Shown in pieces: positions 43,431-53,800 of a DNA stretch of 64,000 nucleotides. The position numbers and the translations under genes are program-made. The notes under the pieces are model-generated. The model was given only the letters and a program-made list of their open reading frames with translations. It ran no database searches and had not been told where the DNA came from. The DNA is from Diplonema japonicum (Eukaryota > Protista > Euglenozoa: Diplonemea). The stretch covers positions 124,001 to 188,000 of the forward strand of contig OZ025669.1 of the NCBI GenBank assembly GCA_964019335.1, in the 5' to 3' direction. The number at the start of each line of letters is the position of its first letter. The first letter of the stretch is position 1.

Positions 43431-44669
43431 TTAAAGAATCACAATATTCTGCTCCTTTCCGCTGATGGACAAAGACCATTCACGAAGTGAACAGGCAACG
43501 AGGGGGTCTTCAAGACTTGACGAAGGCGGGGGAGAATCAACAGGCGAAAGGCAACACTCCCCTCGAGTCCAGGGGTGGAGAGAGATCTCAAGCAGTGTCG
43601 CCCTCCGAGAAGCATCAGGCTCGATCAGCATCTGAAGCACCTCTGCAGGAAGAGGCCTGATAATACTGGGAATCCGGAAGGACCCCTCCTTAACCGCCCT
43701 CAAGACACCATGCAAATTCTCGCCAGAAAACGGAAGCGTAGAAGTTAGCATTACATACAACACAACGCCCAATGACCACATGTCTGACTGAAACCCATTG
43801 TACCCACCTCCTTTCTTTGGGAATACTATATCAGGTGCTACATAATTCGGTGTCCCACACCTGCTTGTCAGTTCCACTATTTTCCCGTCGCTTGTGTGCT
43901 CTTGGAAGCAGCTTAACCCGAAGTCTGCCACCTTCACGACCCCTTCATTGTCAATCATTATGTTCTCCGGCTTCAAATCCCTGTGAACCACCCCCATGCT
44001 GTGCACGTAATGCAGGCCTTTGCATATTTGTACAAAGTAACCCCTTGCGAGATCCTCCGGCATGCCTGCGTTGTAGTGTTTCAAGACCTTTTTAAGATCC
44101 TGTCCGTCTATAAATTCCATGACCATCCATATTCTATACGCTGATCTGTCGAGCTCTAGTTGGTAGAATCTGATAACGTTCTTGTGGTCCATGCGGGACA
44201 TTAAGGCGACCTCCTTGCTGAGCTTGTCCTGTCCCATGCGTTCTAGGCTTGCAGAGCAGAGCTTCTTAACGGCTACGACACGATCGTTTTCTCTGTCGGA
44301 TGCCTTGAAGACGATGCCGTACTGCCCACGGCCTATTTCTTTTATTAGCTTGTATCTTGAAGGGCTCAGCATGCGGAGCTTCGGGGGCAGCACCATGTCG
44401 TCGATGTCGGTTGAGCGTGTAATGGTGTCGTTGTGGGTCTTGTGGGTCAGGGAGTGGATCCACGCTGAATCGCTCATCTCGTTGCCGTCTGCCTGTCCAG
44501 TAGGGTTCGGTACTTCGTTGTCCACCTCGCTCTTCACGTTCCCAGCTGACATCCTGCTGCTCACCGTCTTCCCGCATTCCGTGCTTTCTTCAACTTCTTT
44601 TTTCACCTGCGAATTCTGGGGCCTTGCCCCCTGCGGTATCGATCCCTTCTTGCTTCCACAGCATCCCAT
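43431..44669 (-). CDS. CAMK-group (SNF1/CIPK-like) Ser/Thr kinase with predicted N-terminal myristoylation/palmitoylation, about 412 aa
   Basis: MGCCGSKK start. Motifs IGRGQYG, VAVKK, HRDLKPEN, DFG, CGTPNYVAPD and SDMWSLGV. Confidence 0.92.
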   Translation of the reverse strand: MGCCGSKKGSIPQGARPQNSQVKKEVEESTECGKTVSSRMSAGNVKSEVDNEVPNPTGQADGNEMSDSAWIHSLTHKTHNDTITRSTDIDDMVLPPKLRMLSPSRYKLIKEIGRGQYGIVFKASDRENDRVVAVKKLCSASLERMGQDKLSKEVALMSRMDHKNVIRFYQLELDRSAYRIWMVMEFIDGQDLKKVLKHYNAGMPEDLARGYFVQICKGLHYVHSMGVVHRDLKPENIMIDNEGVVKVADFGLSCFQEHTSDGKIVELTSRCGTPNYVAPDIVFPKKGGGYNGFQSDMWSLGVVLYVMLTSTLPFSGENLHGVLRAVKEGSFRIPSIIRPLPAEVLQMLIEPDASRRATLLEISLHPWTRGECCLSPVDSPPPSSSLEDPLVACSLREWSLSISGKEQNIVIL

Positions 44670-44777
44670 GGTGCCCTGTGTTCTTTTATGTTGATGTTTG
44701 ATGGAGAAGAAAAAAGAGGAATATAAAAGAAAAAAAAAAGGAAACTCCAACCCCCCGCCCTTACACCGGTGTAATGC

Positions 44778-45086
44778 TCAGCACACGGAGCACCCTGTGC
44801 CGTGCTTCGCGTGGTGTTTCTCTGGTTTTAAGTAGTCCAGGAAGTCCTGGCCTTGCTTGCCGTCTGCTCCCTTCACGTTGACGTGCCCTGCGTGTACGTG
44901 CTTTTGTTTCGATGCCGACATGTGCCCCACGCCCACCCATCCCTTATCTTTGCCGGCTTTGCTTGCTACCTTCCGTGCTTGGCCGTTGTTACGTGGGTGT
45001 GGTTTGTGCCCGCTTATCTCATCCGCCTTCAGCTCTGTTTGTATATCGATGTCGCCTCCAGGGCCATTGAGGGAGGGCTGAGGCAT
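44778..45086 (-). CDS. Small basic His/Gly/Lys-rich protein ending in CaaX-like CSVC, 102 aa
   Basis: ATG-initiated and co-oriented, downstream of a pyrimidine tract and CAG. Confidence 0.55.
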   Translation of the reverse strand: MPQPSLNGPGGDIDIQTELKADEISGHKPHPRNNGQARKVASKAGKDKGWVGVGHMSASKQKHVHAGHVNVKGADGKQGQDFLDYLKPEKHHAKHGTGCSVC

Positions 45087-45163
45087 ACCTCCAACCCCTT
45101 ACTGCGTGGTGTTTTGAAAAGAAAGGTTCCTAAATAAATATAAAGAAAACAAAAAGAAGATTT

Positions 45164-46018
45164 CTAAATCAAAGGAGCGGTAAAGACGGGGCGGGGGGCG
45201 TTGCATCTCATGCAGTTCTTCGGATGCTTTGATCCCCAGTTCAGGATCTTGCAGGAGGAACAGTGCCAGTCGCCTGTTTGACCAGATTTCCATGTTTTTC
45301 TGTAGTCTTTCGTAAGATCGAAGATGTCCCATTGTGCGGCTGGGGGGACGTCCTTATTCTTAGAGTACCACTTCCCATCGACGATGGCTGTGGTCTTCCG
45401 CCGCCCGCCTTCATCGACGACATTGTGAAACTCTGTGAGCTTCCCAGTACGGCCTTGGGCACCTGCGGCAAGGATGTCATAGAAGGTCATGGTGTGGGGG
45501 AGGATGAGGTCCTCCTTTACGAAGATAGCGTCGACTACCTTGCTGAGCTCCTTGTTCTCATCTGTTGACCTTTGTACGAACTTGCCGATGCTGTCGCCCT
45601 TGTTCACCACTGTAGTGTACTTCTTCCTTTCTGGGAAGAAGTTGTAGGCCACCTCGATCGGCTCCATCATTGTCCTTCGCTTCTTCTCTTCATATTCCAT
45701 CTCAAGCGCTTTCCTTTCCTCTTCCTCCTTCGCTGCTCTCTCTTTCGACTCCGCGCCGTACGTCTTCTTCTCCTCTACAGCCTCCCCTCCATCTTCGCCT
45801 TCGTCATCGAATGATAGCGTCTGCTTGTCTTCTTTCTTTCGTTTAGCCTTCGACCTCTTTTTGCTCGCTTTTTCCACAGCCTCTTTTTTCTCCAGCTCTT
45901 TGCGTTTCTTCGTAAACTCCTCTTTTGACACCAACCCTATCGTCGCCTGTACTAATTTATTCTCTGCTTCCGACTTTGCTGCCGCAAACTTGCTGTCCAA
46001 CCCCTCCTTCGGACCCAT
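45164..46018 (-). CDS. XAP5: XAP5/FAM50 family protein with C-terminal RanBP2-type zinc finger, about 284 aa
   Basis: ATIGLVSKEEF, LSFDDE, FVKEDLILPHTMTFYD and WYSKNKDVPPAAQW, followed by GDWHCSSCKILNW...CMRCNAPRP. Confidence 0.85.
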   Translation of the reverse strand: MGPKEGLDSKFAAAKSEAENKLVQATIGLVSKEEFTKKRKELEKKEAVEKASKKRSKAKRKKEDKQTLSFDDEGEDGGEAVEEKKTYGAESKERAAKEEEERKALEMEYEEKKRRTMMEPIEVAYNFFPERKKYTTVVNKGDSIGKFVQRSTDENKELSKVVDAIFVKEDLILPHTMTFYDILAAGAQGRTGKLTEFHNVVDEGGRRKTTAIVDGKWYSKNKDVPPAAQWDIFDLTKDYRKTWKSGQTGDWHCSSCKILNWGSKHPKNCMRCNAPRPVFTAPLI

Positions 46019-46406
46019 TTTACCTAAAGGTGGCCTATGGTTGTTTTCAAAAGGCAACTGAAGGGACGAGGGGGAATCGGCGGTAAGATACAAAAAAGGG
46101 TCTCGGGGCATTTCTTTCTTCTTTTCCTGCACAATATTGCGGTGCAGGAAAAAGAAAAGGGAGGGGGGGGGGGGGGGGGAGGGAAACCAAATCGCTGCGG
46201 GTTTCTATTTAGCACGCTTGCTGCGCTTTGAGATGCGGCATCCCCTTCCCCTTGCTGCCCGATTCTGTTACAAGCACTGATTTGTGAGCACATGGGTCTA
46301 AAGGAGCACAGAAGTGGTCAAAGACGCCAGGCTGCCGAGTTTTTAATTTTCTTCTTCTTGACAAAAAAAATAACACACCACTGTGGGAGGGCGAGCGGGC
46401 TTCGTA

Positions 46407-47177
46407 TTACTTGGTGGTTTGTTGCTGTATCTGCCGTGACTGCGGTGTTTTTGTGTTACGAGTTTCTATTTCTTTCACATACGGTGTGGCTTCAACTTGG
46501 TTCCACAGCTTGACGTCGAGAGTAGTTCGGAAGCTAGGTCTGGCGTTGAAAGTATTAAGTGCAGAGGTGGCACGGTGGGTAGGGTCGTTGAGGGCCCCAT
46601 TGAAGGAGACCTTCTTCTTGCAGGAGTCACGGAGCTGGAGGGGGTCGTAGTCCGACTCGACGATTATGTCACGAAAAACACCCATCTTCGTGTTGCTCTC
46701 GTTGAGGAACGCTTGGAACTGGTCCCTTCTTCTTTTCTCCACAGTGCTTGACTTCTCAGACTCGACCTGCTCCGTGATGGCGTCCTGGATAGGGTAGAAC
46801 ACCTTTGACGACCACTCGTGGTGTAGCATATCGCGCTTCCTCGCCTCTCGTACCTCTGTGTTCGACATATAGGTGGCTGTGGACTCCATGATGTCCTCGT
46901 TCTCCTTGAATAAGTTTTCCAACCGTCTCTGGAAATCCAGTTCTTTCTGCTCTCTTTCTTCCTTCACCTTCTTTTCTATGTCCTTGCGTATCGCCTCCGT
47001 CTGTGCCAGTATCGCCGCCTCTCTGATTTGCTTCTTCACGGCAGCGTTCTCGGCAGCCATCTTTTTGATGTCCTGTCGACCCACTTCTTCCTTTCGTACT
47101 CTCTTCTTCTCCACCACCTCCCCTGCTTGAGCTACTTCCACGTACATGTCTACATCGTGGACCTTTATCCTGCCCAT
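46407..47177 (-). CDS. FAM228-like coiled-coil protein, about 256 aa
   Basis: LHHEWSSKVFYPIQ...FQAFLNESNTK.GVFRD.....YDPL resembles FAM228 from memory. The longer listed ORF overlaps the PIG-N 3' end. Confidence 0.6.
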   Translation of the reverse strand: MGRIKVHDVDMYVEVAQAGEVVEKKRVRKEEVGRQDIKKMAAENAAVKKQIREAAILAQTEAIRKDIEKKVKEEREQKELDFQRRLENLFKENEDIMESTATYMSNTEVREARKRDMLHHEWSSKVFYPIQDAITEQVESEKSSTVEKRRRDQFQAFLNESNTKMGVFRDIIVESDYDPLQLRDSCKKKVSFNGALNDPTHRATSALNTFNARPSFRTTLDVKLWNQVEATPYVKEIETRNTKTPQSRQIQQQTTK

Positions 47178-47299
47178 CCCTGAGGTGCTTTTAAAGAATG
47201 ACAGGGCAACAGTTTGAAAGAAGGTTTTTGTTATATAACCCATCGAAACAAAAAAAGAAGAAGAAAATGTCTCAAATTCGAAAAGAAAAAACGGGGTAT

Positions 47300-49978
47300 C
47301 TATTCTGTCTTTGGCGTCTCTCTGTGCCCGAGGTACACCTTTGCCAACCCCCAAAGGAGTGTCAGGATGATAGTCAGCAGATTCGTGATCACGAAGCAAC
47401 TGATGGAATGCCCTATTTGCTTCCACGAACCCGTGTTGCGCAGGGTCGTGAAGAAGAAGAAGGTGACCGTGTCTGAGAGAGCGACCGAAAGGGAGAAAAC
47501 GGAGAAGAACCCTCGAGAGGAGGTGGACATGGTGAGCACCGTGCACAGGATGGCAATAAGGGGAAGCCAGAGTTTGAAGATCAACAGTGCACCCATGATG
47601 GCCTTGTCGAAGTGGGTCTGCAACCTGTACACGGAAGGCAGATCGAAGGACGAGATGCTTGCTATGTTTCCTGTTGCGAAGAACCCGAAGTACACAAGGA
47701 ACATCAAAAACACACTGCACGATGCCATGTCTACACCATCGGAGGATCGTGTGTTGCTCTCTACTGTGACAAGCAGGCCCGCCAAGCACATGAAGAATAG
47801 CGGCTCGTACCCTACTGACAGCAGCACCATCGGAGGCTGCAGGCAGAGCAATCCAAACAGCAACCTATCCTTTCCGTTGTACGTCTGTGGCAAGTACAGC
47901 GACACCAACAACACGCACCATGCAGACAGCTGGTTCACCAAAGGCAAGCCATCGTTGCTTGTGTGCCTTATGTAGTCGCTGTACGCCACAATGCACGACG
48001 CAAGTAGGATCAGCACAATTGGTGCCACCAAAGACTGCCTCTCCTTGTACTTACAATACATCAGACCACAGATCCCCTGCAGGATGCCCGTGGGTGCTAC
48101 GATGAATAGGAAGTCTGATCCCACACATGGGAGGAGCGTGAAGATCCCGCAGCATAGTGACAAGACACCTACAAGGTACCGCTTCTGGAGTAGCATGTAC
48201 ATGCCTACTACCGCAAGCGGCATGGTGAATGCCTCTCTGTGGTGGAAGCCCAGAGCCACGGCAGCGACACATAGCAGTGCGCAGCAGAACCCCATCAACG
48301 ACCCTCCCTGCAGCACCTTACGGACGGAAGACCAGTTCTGTACAATGCATGGCATCAGATGGAAGGGTGCCAGCAAGTAGAAGGAGTCACGCACAGTCAT
48401 GCCCTGGGCATAGACGGCAGGGACCACCACCGCATAGCTGGCAACAAGGAGCGTTATTGCCCTTGCATTCAACACGACCTCATTGCCTGATACCATCGTC
48501 ATGCTGTACAGCCCCCACGTGATGTACGCAAAGCCCACAGCTGAGATCATGAGCATGTGGTCGTATGTGCGATAGTACGAGGAGCCCTCATGGAAGCGTC
48601 TGATCAGAGTCTCGCCATGCGTCATGACATGTTCGTAGTTGTTCTCAGACAACGCACTTTCCATTTCCCGCAATGCGGCATCGGCCGACTGCTGTCCAGG
48701 CCACGGAGAGAAAAAATACGACCTTCCTTCACGCAGGACCGCCGCACCCCTGACCCTCTCGGCAGCCTGCTGCACGTTGGTATACCAGGCATGGGCCCGC
48801 ACCACAGGGTCGTTGTCAAGGTACTCCACAGGAGTCACGCCTTCACTGTGCACGGGGAGGGGCGACGACATGAGGGATGCCAGCAGCATGGCCACGTCTG
48901 CGGGCTCCACGTCAAGCCTTGTGCGCGGGTCCCTTTGCCACTCTTCCTCAGTATACCGGTATTCCTCTTCCACAGTAGAAAAGGCCTCTTGCCAATATTT
49001 CACCGGCTCAAAGGACGGGTCTTGATTGGGCATTTTGCACTGCTTGTTCACTCCAGCGCCGTAAATAACGAGCGGCACACGTGTCTCTTCGGGCGAGCCG
49101 TCGCCATGCGAGCCCCTCTTCGTCATCCCGTGGTCTGCAGTTACAACGAACACAGTTCTGTCGTCGCCATAGAAGGCGGACACGGTGTCGGTGATGGTCT
49201 TGACGCACTGGTCGGCGTGGATGAGGGTTTCGAGGTATCCCTCGCCTTCTGTTCCGTAGCGGTGTCCTGCGGAGTCCATGCCGAGGAGGTGGAAGAAGAG
49301 GACAACACGGTTGGAGTTGAGTTGTGCGAGGCGCGTGGCGTTGGACACGGCAGTGCTGAAGAAATTACTCATATTAGCTGTGACCCATGAGTCAAGGTTT
49401 GCGGGCAGCTGCGAGAAATCGTTTATTTCCGACGGCGAGGCACGTGTCTCGACATGCGGGGAGTCTGCGAAGATGTTGACGATCTCAGGCGCACCCCACT
49501 GCCAGACGTAGGAAGCCTCCTTCCAAACAGTGTCGAAAGACATGTTAGGATTAGTTTGCCAGCCTGTGGTGACGGCACTGGGGTCTTCATAAAGACCTGC
49601 GATCAACGCCACGTGGCCAGGCCGGGACTCCGTCGGCACATGTGTATGCGTGACGCCCCAACAGCTGTCGCCCCTCTCCATGACCTGCCCCATGAACTCC
49701 ATTGTGTTCCCCTTGCTTCCACCCCCGTCCCTCTCTGCCACCATATCCCGCACCATACCCTTGAACACGGCATCTGCTGGTGCACCATCCAGCGTGATGA
49801 AGACCAACCGTTTTGCCAAAGGTGCCGCTTTGCTGTTGAACGGCCTCAACCCCCCTACATCTTGAATAGGGCTTCTGAAGTAAACGTCGAGCGCGCACAA
49901 CGTGTACAGCAGGTGATACACTACAGACACAATGAGGTAGCCAGTTGGCTTGTCCAGCAGTCCTCCAAAGTATCTCAT
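47300..49978 (-). CDS. PIGN: GPI ethanolamine-phosphate transferase 1 (PIG-N/Mcd4), about 892 aa
   Basis: DVYFRSPI, VPTESRPGHVALIAGLYEDPSA, HLLGMDSAGH, TADHGM..GSHGDG, TGNIASISSF and NTGSWKQIGHSIS. Confidence 0.96.
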   Translation of the reverse strand: MRYFGGLLDKPTGYLIVSVVYHLLYTLCALDVYFRSPIQDVGGLRPFNSKAAPLAKRLVFITLDGAPADAVFKGMVRDMVAERDGGGSKGNTMEFMGQVMERGDSCWGVTHTHVPTESRPGHVALIAGLYEDPSAVTTGWQTNPNMSFDTVWKEASYVWQWGAPEIVNIFADSPHVETRASPSEINDFSQLPANLDSWVTANMSNFFSTAVSNATRLAQLNSNRVVLFFHLLGMDSAGHRYGTEGEGYLETLIHADQCVKTITDTVSAFYGDDRTVFVVTADHGMTKRGSHGDGSPEETRVPLVIYGAGVNKQCKMPNQDPSFEPVKYWQEAFSTVEEEYRYTEEEWQRDPRTRLDVEPADVAMLLASLMSSPLPVHSEGVTPVEYLDNDPVVRAHAWYTNVQQAAERVRGAAVLREGRSYFFSPWPGQQSADAALREMESALSENNYEHVMTHGETLIRRFHEGSSYYRTYDHMLMISAVGFAYITWGLYSMTMVSGNEVVLNARAITLLVASYAVVVPAVYAQGMTVRDSFYLLAPFHLMPCIVQNWSSVRKVLQGGSLMGFCCALLCVAAVALGFHHREAFTMPLAVVGMYMLLQKRYLVGVLSLCCGIFTLLPCVGSDFLFIVAPTGILQGICGLMYCKYKERQSLVAPIVLILLASCIVAYSDYIRHTSNDGLPLVNQLSAWCVLLVSLYLPQTYNGKDRLLFGLLCLQPPMVLLSVGYEPLFFMCLAGLLVTVESNTRSSDGVDMASCSVFLMFLVYFGFFATGNIASISSFDLPSVYRLQTHFDKAIMGALLIFKLWLPLIAILCTVLTMSTSSRGFFSVFSLSVALSDTVTFFFFTTLRNTGSWKQIGHSISCFVITNLLTIILTLLWGLAKVYLGHRETPKTE

Positions 49979-50889
49979 TTTTCGTTTTTTTTTTTTTTTT
50001 TTTTTTTTTTCTGGGGATGAAGAAGAAAGGCCTGCTTTGCGTTTTTTGAGGGGGGAGAGGAAGATGCAAGGTAGCAATATCTAAAGAGCGTAGTTCGAGT
50101 ATTTAACAGGAGCAAAGAAACAAAGAAAGAAACGAGAGGTGGTGGTGGACAGCTTCGCAAAGTAAAAAAAAAAGACAAATGGGGAGGTGTCATGATTGTG
50201 GCTTGAGGGAAAATAACAACTTCAAAAAAAAAGGAGGCTTGTTGGCCTTGTCTGTGCATATATTTGCAGAGGAAAAGAAAAGTAAAGGAGCATAAGAAAA
50301 AAAGGGGGGGGTACTTGTAATTCGTGTGTAGCGTGTAGTACTAGAGGAAGAAAAACAAAAAAGAGAGAACTAAAAAATCAAGACCTTCTGGTCAACAGGG
50401 TGAAGCAGCTTGTTGGCCTTCGGTAAAAAAAAAGGGCGAGTTCCTGCTTTTATCTTTTAAATTTGTTTTTTTTTTTTTAAAATCTTTTTCTTTTCCGGAG
50501 TGCTTCCGAAAAGGCTCCCAAGAAAGGAGAGGGGGATAAACATCTTTCAAAACGAATAGATCTCAAAGAAAAAAAAAGGGGAGGGGGGAAAGGAAGAAAC
50601 CAGACCGAAAAGAAAGAAAAGAAAAGAAAAAAAAAACACGCATCCTTCCTTCGTGTAAAAATATTTAAATAAAAAGCCTTATTGTGTAAAGAAAGACTTC
50701 GAAAAGCTACTAATCGTGGCAGCGATGGTGGAGGCAACGGAAGTGGGCACGTCATGCCTCTGGAGTGTCCAGCTCTCCGGATGCTCAGCCACGTGCTCGA
50801 GCCATGATATCCAGTTCAGAACACTATAGACGGAGTGGTGCGTCTGAGGGGGTTTATTATGGTTTTTTTAAAGATATTTCTTCATTTTT

Positions 50890-53800
50890 TTAGCACACCT
50901 CCTGGATACCTGCGTCCCGTCTAAAGTGCAAGCAGGATTCCATATATGCCTTCGCGGCGCTCATGTCCTTTCTGTTGTAGCAATTTATCCCCAGGTTCTG
51001 GAACGCTTGCGCAACCTCCTCCCTCGTGCTGTAGGCCGACCTCTGCTTGCACTTCAGTGCCCTCTCGAAGTACTCTGTAGCCTCTTGGAAGCACCCCCTC
51101 CTTTCCAAGGTCGTGCCAAGGGCTGTTAGTATGTTCGGCTTTGCAGTGTGCCGGTCGCTCATCACAAGCTCGGAGATTTCAAGGCAGGTCTTGAAGATCC
51201 GCTCCGCCTTTGCCCACCGCATGCTGCTGAAGTGGATGTTCCCAACATGGACCAAGCCAAGAACGTACGGCACACTCTGCGTGGTGTGCACCATCTTCAG
51301 CACCTCCAGAGACTCGTCGTGGTAGTGCAAGCTTTCCTCCTCTTGCCCTAGCGAATAGCATGCATCGCCCAAACATTTCAGCGACACAGCCACACACGGG
51401 TGCACGGGGGTCACCATACCTTTCACCACTACGAACGGGTAGCTCACTCCCATCTGTGTCACCTGCGCCGCTCCCTGCTCGCCTGTGGACGTCGATGACA
51501 CCGAAGATATATCACTTCCACTGGCCTCCGCTTTCACCTTCGACCGGTGGCACTTGTTCACTCTGACCATGTAGCACCTTGCCAACTCCAATGCTTCCCT
51601 GTGGCTTTCGCATGCTGCTTCGTACTTCTTCTGCGCAGCGTAGCATTTCCCAAGCCTGTCCAGCAACGGGCTCACGTTGATATGCCTGTGCCCATACAAC
51701 ACTCTTGCTACGCGTATCGCAGACGCCAAGTGCTCGATGGCCTCACGGTCCGTCTCAGACACGGCGGCAAGCTGCTTGAGGATGGCAGGCGTTGCTGGGT
51801 GCACAGGGGTGTCGTGCATGGTGTACATTGCCACTTTCGCAAGAATGTCACTTGCACTCTTCGTCAGCTTGTAACTACCGCTAGTATCGCCCATAACACT
51901 CCTGATGCTGCCCAGCACCCTTAGCGCCTCATACACCAAAGTGTGACTGTAAGAGGTGTGTTGCACAGCTGCACTACCTTCGTCATCCCACCACTGAATC
52001 CAGCCTTCAGCAGCCTCGTACCCTACGGGATCTTGGATTGTGTCACCTAAACCCTGCCACTCTGTCGCACCAAGAGCAACGTACAGGACCTTCCTCGCCA
52101 CCACTTCTGCATGTGTCGTGTCGTGTACAGCTAGCAAGTGCTCTGCTATCTTCAACCGTATCATAAAAGCTACCTCATCCACATTCCCATAGCATTGGGC
52201 TGTCACTCGCTCGGCTTCTTCGTACAACTTCAGCGCACCCAGGTTCTGGTCAGCAGCAGACATGGCGTGTGCGTGTGCACTGCATAACAAAACCTGCACG
52301 TACAGTGGGTGCTGCTCTGACATGCATTCTGCAACAAGGACCCGTATCCTGCTGCATATAGCCACTGCTTGGTTGTGTTGTTCAAGTGAGCTAAGCAGTC
52401 CGGCGACTCTAGCAAGCACTTCGCACATCAAAGCCAAGACTTCCTTTGTCCCGCTATCCAGAAGTGATAAGTAGCCCTCTACGTCGCTGGGTGTGAGTAC
52501 ACCCACAGGGTTCTCCTTCTTCTTCCCTGTCATTAATCGTAGGCATTTTGTCAGAGATCTGTCTGCGTCAATGAACCTGCCCTGCTCAAGGTTTACGTCC
52601 ACAACAGCCAGAAGGCACAGCACCATGGCCCTGGTAGACAGTGGCTGCAGCTGCCTGCATATCGACAGTGCCTGCGTGGCATCGTCCAGCGATTCCCTGT
52701 AGTTAACGCCCTTGAGGCGTATCCGTGATGTGCTGTGCAACACGTATCGCTTGAGACTGTTGTTCACCTTCAAGCACTCTGCAGTGTCGAGCTCTGCAAG
52801 GGTCTGCTCCACTTCGGGGAAGGCTTCCATCTGTGACAAACATTCAGCCTGTAAAAGGAGATTCCGCACCTTGTTGATCTCTATATGTTTAGCACGTTCC
52901 AGCCGCCAAGCATTAAAGCGCAAGGGGTATGTGCACAATCTGTCAGACATCTGCCCTATGAAGGGATCGTCGGACACAGGGAGAGACGTCGCACTGCAGA
53001 AGGCGTTGATGTCGACTATGCTGCTGTCGCTGAGGGTGCCGTGCACCTGGCTAGCAAGCCTAGCTGCTCCAAGGGCGATCTTGTGCAACCACTTAGAACG
53101 AGTCTTGCTTAGCAGGTGCCCGATGACATCATAAGCCAAGGTGTAAAGGTATGCACGCTCGGAGACGCTGCACTCCACCTCCATGGCGTCCAACGCGGTG
53201 GCAGCGTCGGTCCAGTACTGGTCGAGACTTTCGCTGCACCGATCTTGAATCACCTTGCATGCATCGTGCAGGGCCTTGTTCACAGTCTCCTCTGACTCTT
53301 GCACGTAGGGCTTGGGAAGCTTGGAGCATGCCTTGGGAGTCGAGGGTGGCGACACTAAAGGCACGTCTACTAGATCGTTGTCACTGTCGGAGAGGTGTGT
53401 CGCGCTCCCATCATGGTACACAGTACGGTCTGTGTCTTGGCTGCGATGTTCCACAGTCGCCAGAGATGCTATCTTCAAGGCTATCCGGATGATCGAGGGC
53501 ATCGACGCACACATGAATTCAGCTTCGAGCCACCCGCAGTGCAGCATGAGAGAGAGGGAGAGGTGCAGGATCGCAGGATCCTTGGTGCGCAGACCGGCTT
53601 GGGTGGCACGCTGTGTATTGTGCAAAGTGCTTATATAATTCTGAATGCCCTTCGCCGTACTGCCAAGATCACACTCCTGACGACACTTCCACACTACCCA
53701 CGACTGGTAGATCACCTGCCGCGACACAAGCTTGTTCTTCATCGCGTCCTCGATCCCGAGCGTCGTTTTAATAAACTGCACAGCACAGCCATGCAGTCTG

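Noticed and set aside
49979-50077. N-terminal extensions in the ORF track (PIG-N, carrier, kinase, XAP5, FAM228-like, cyclase-like, HECT)
   Set aside because: They run through pyrimidine or homopolymer tracts or the upstream gene; downstream ATGs after AG acceptors fit better.
50237-50420. 13-nt direct repeat GCTTGTTGGCCTT as a TSD
   Set aside because: The enclosed sequence shows no tail, terminal repeats or other element hallmark.
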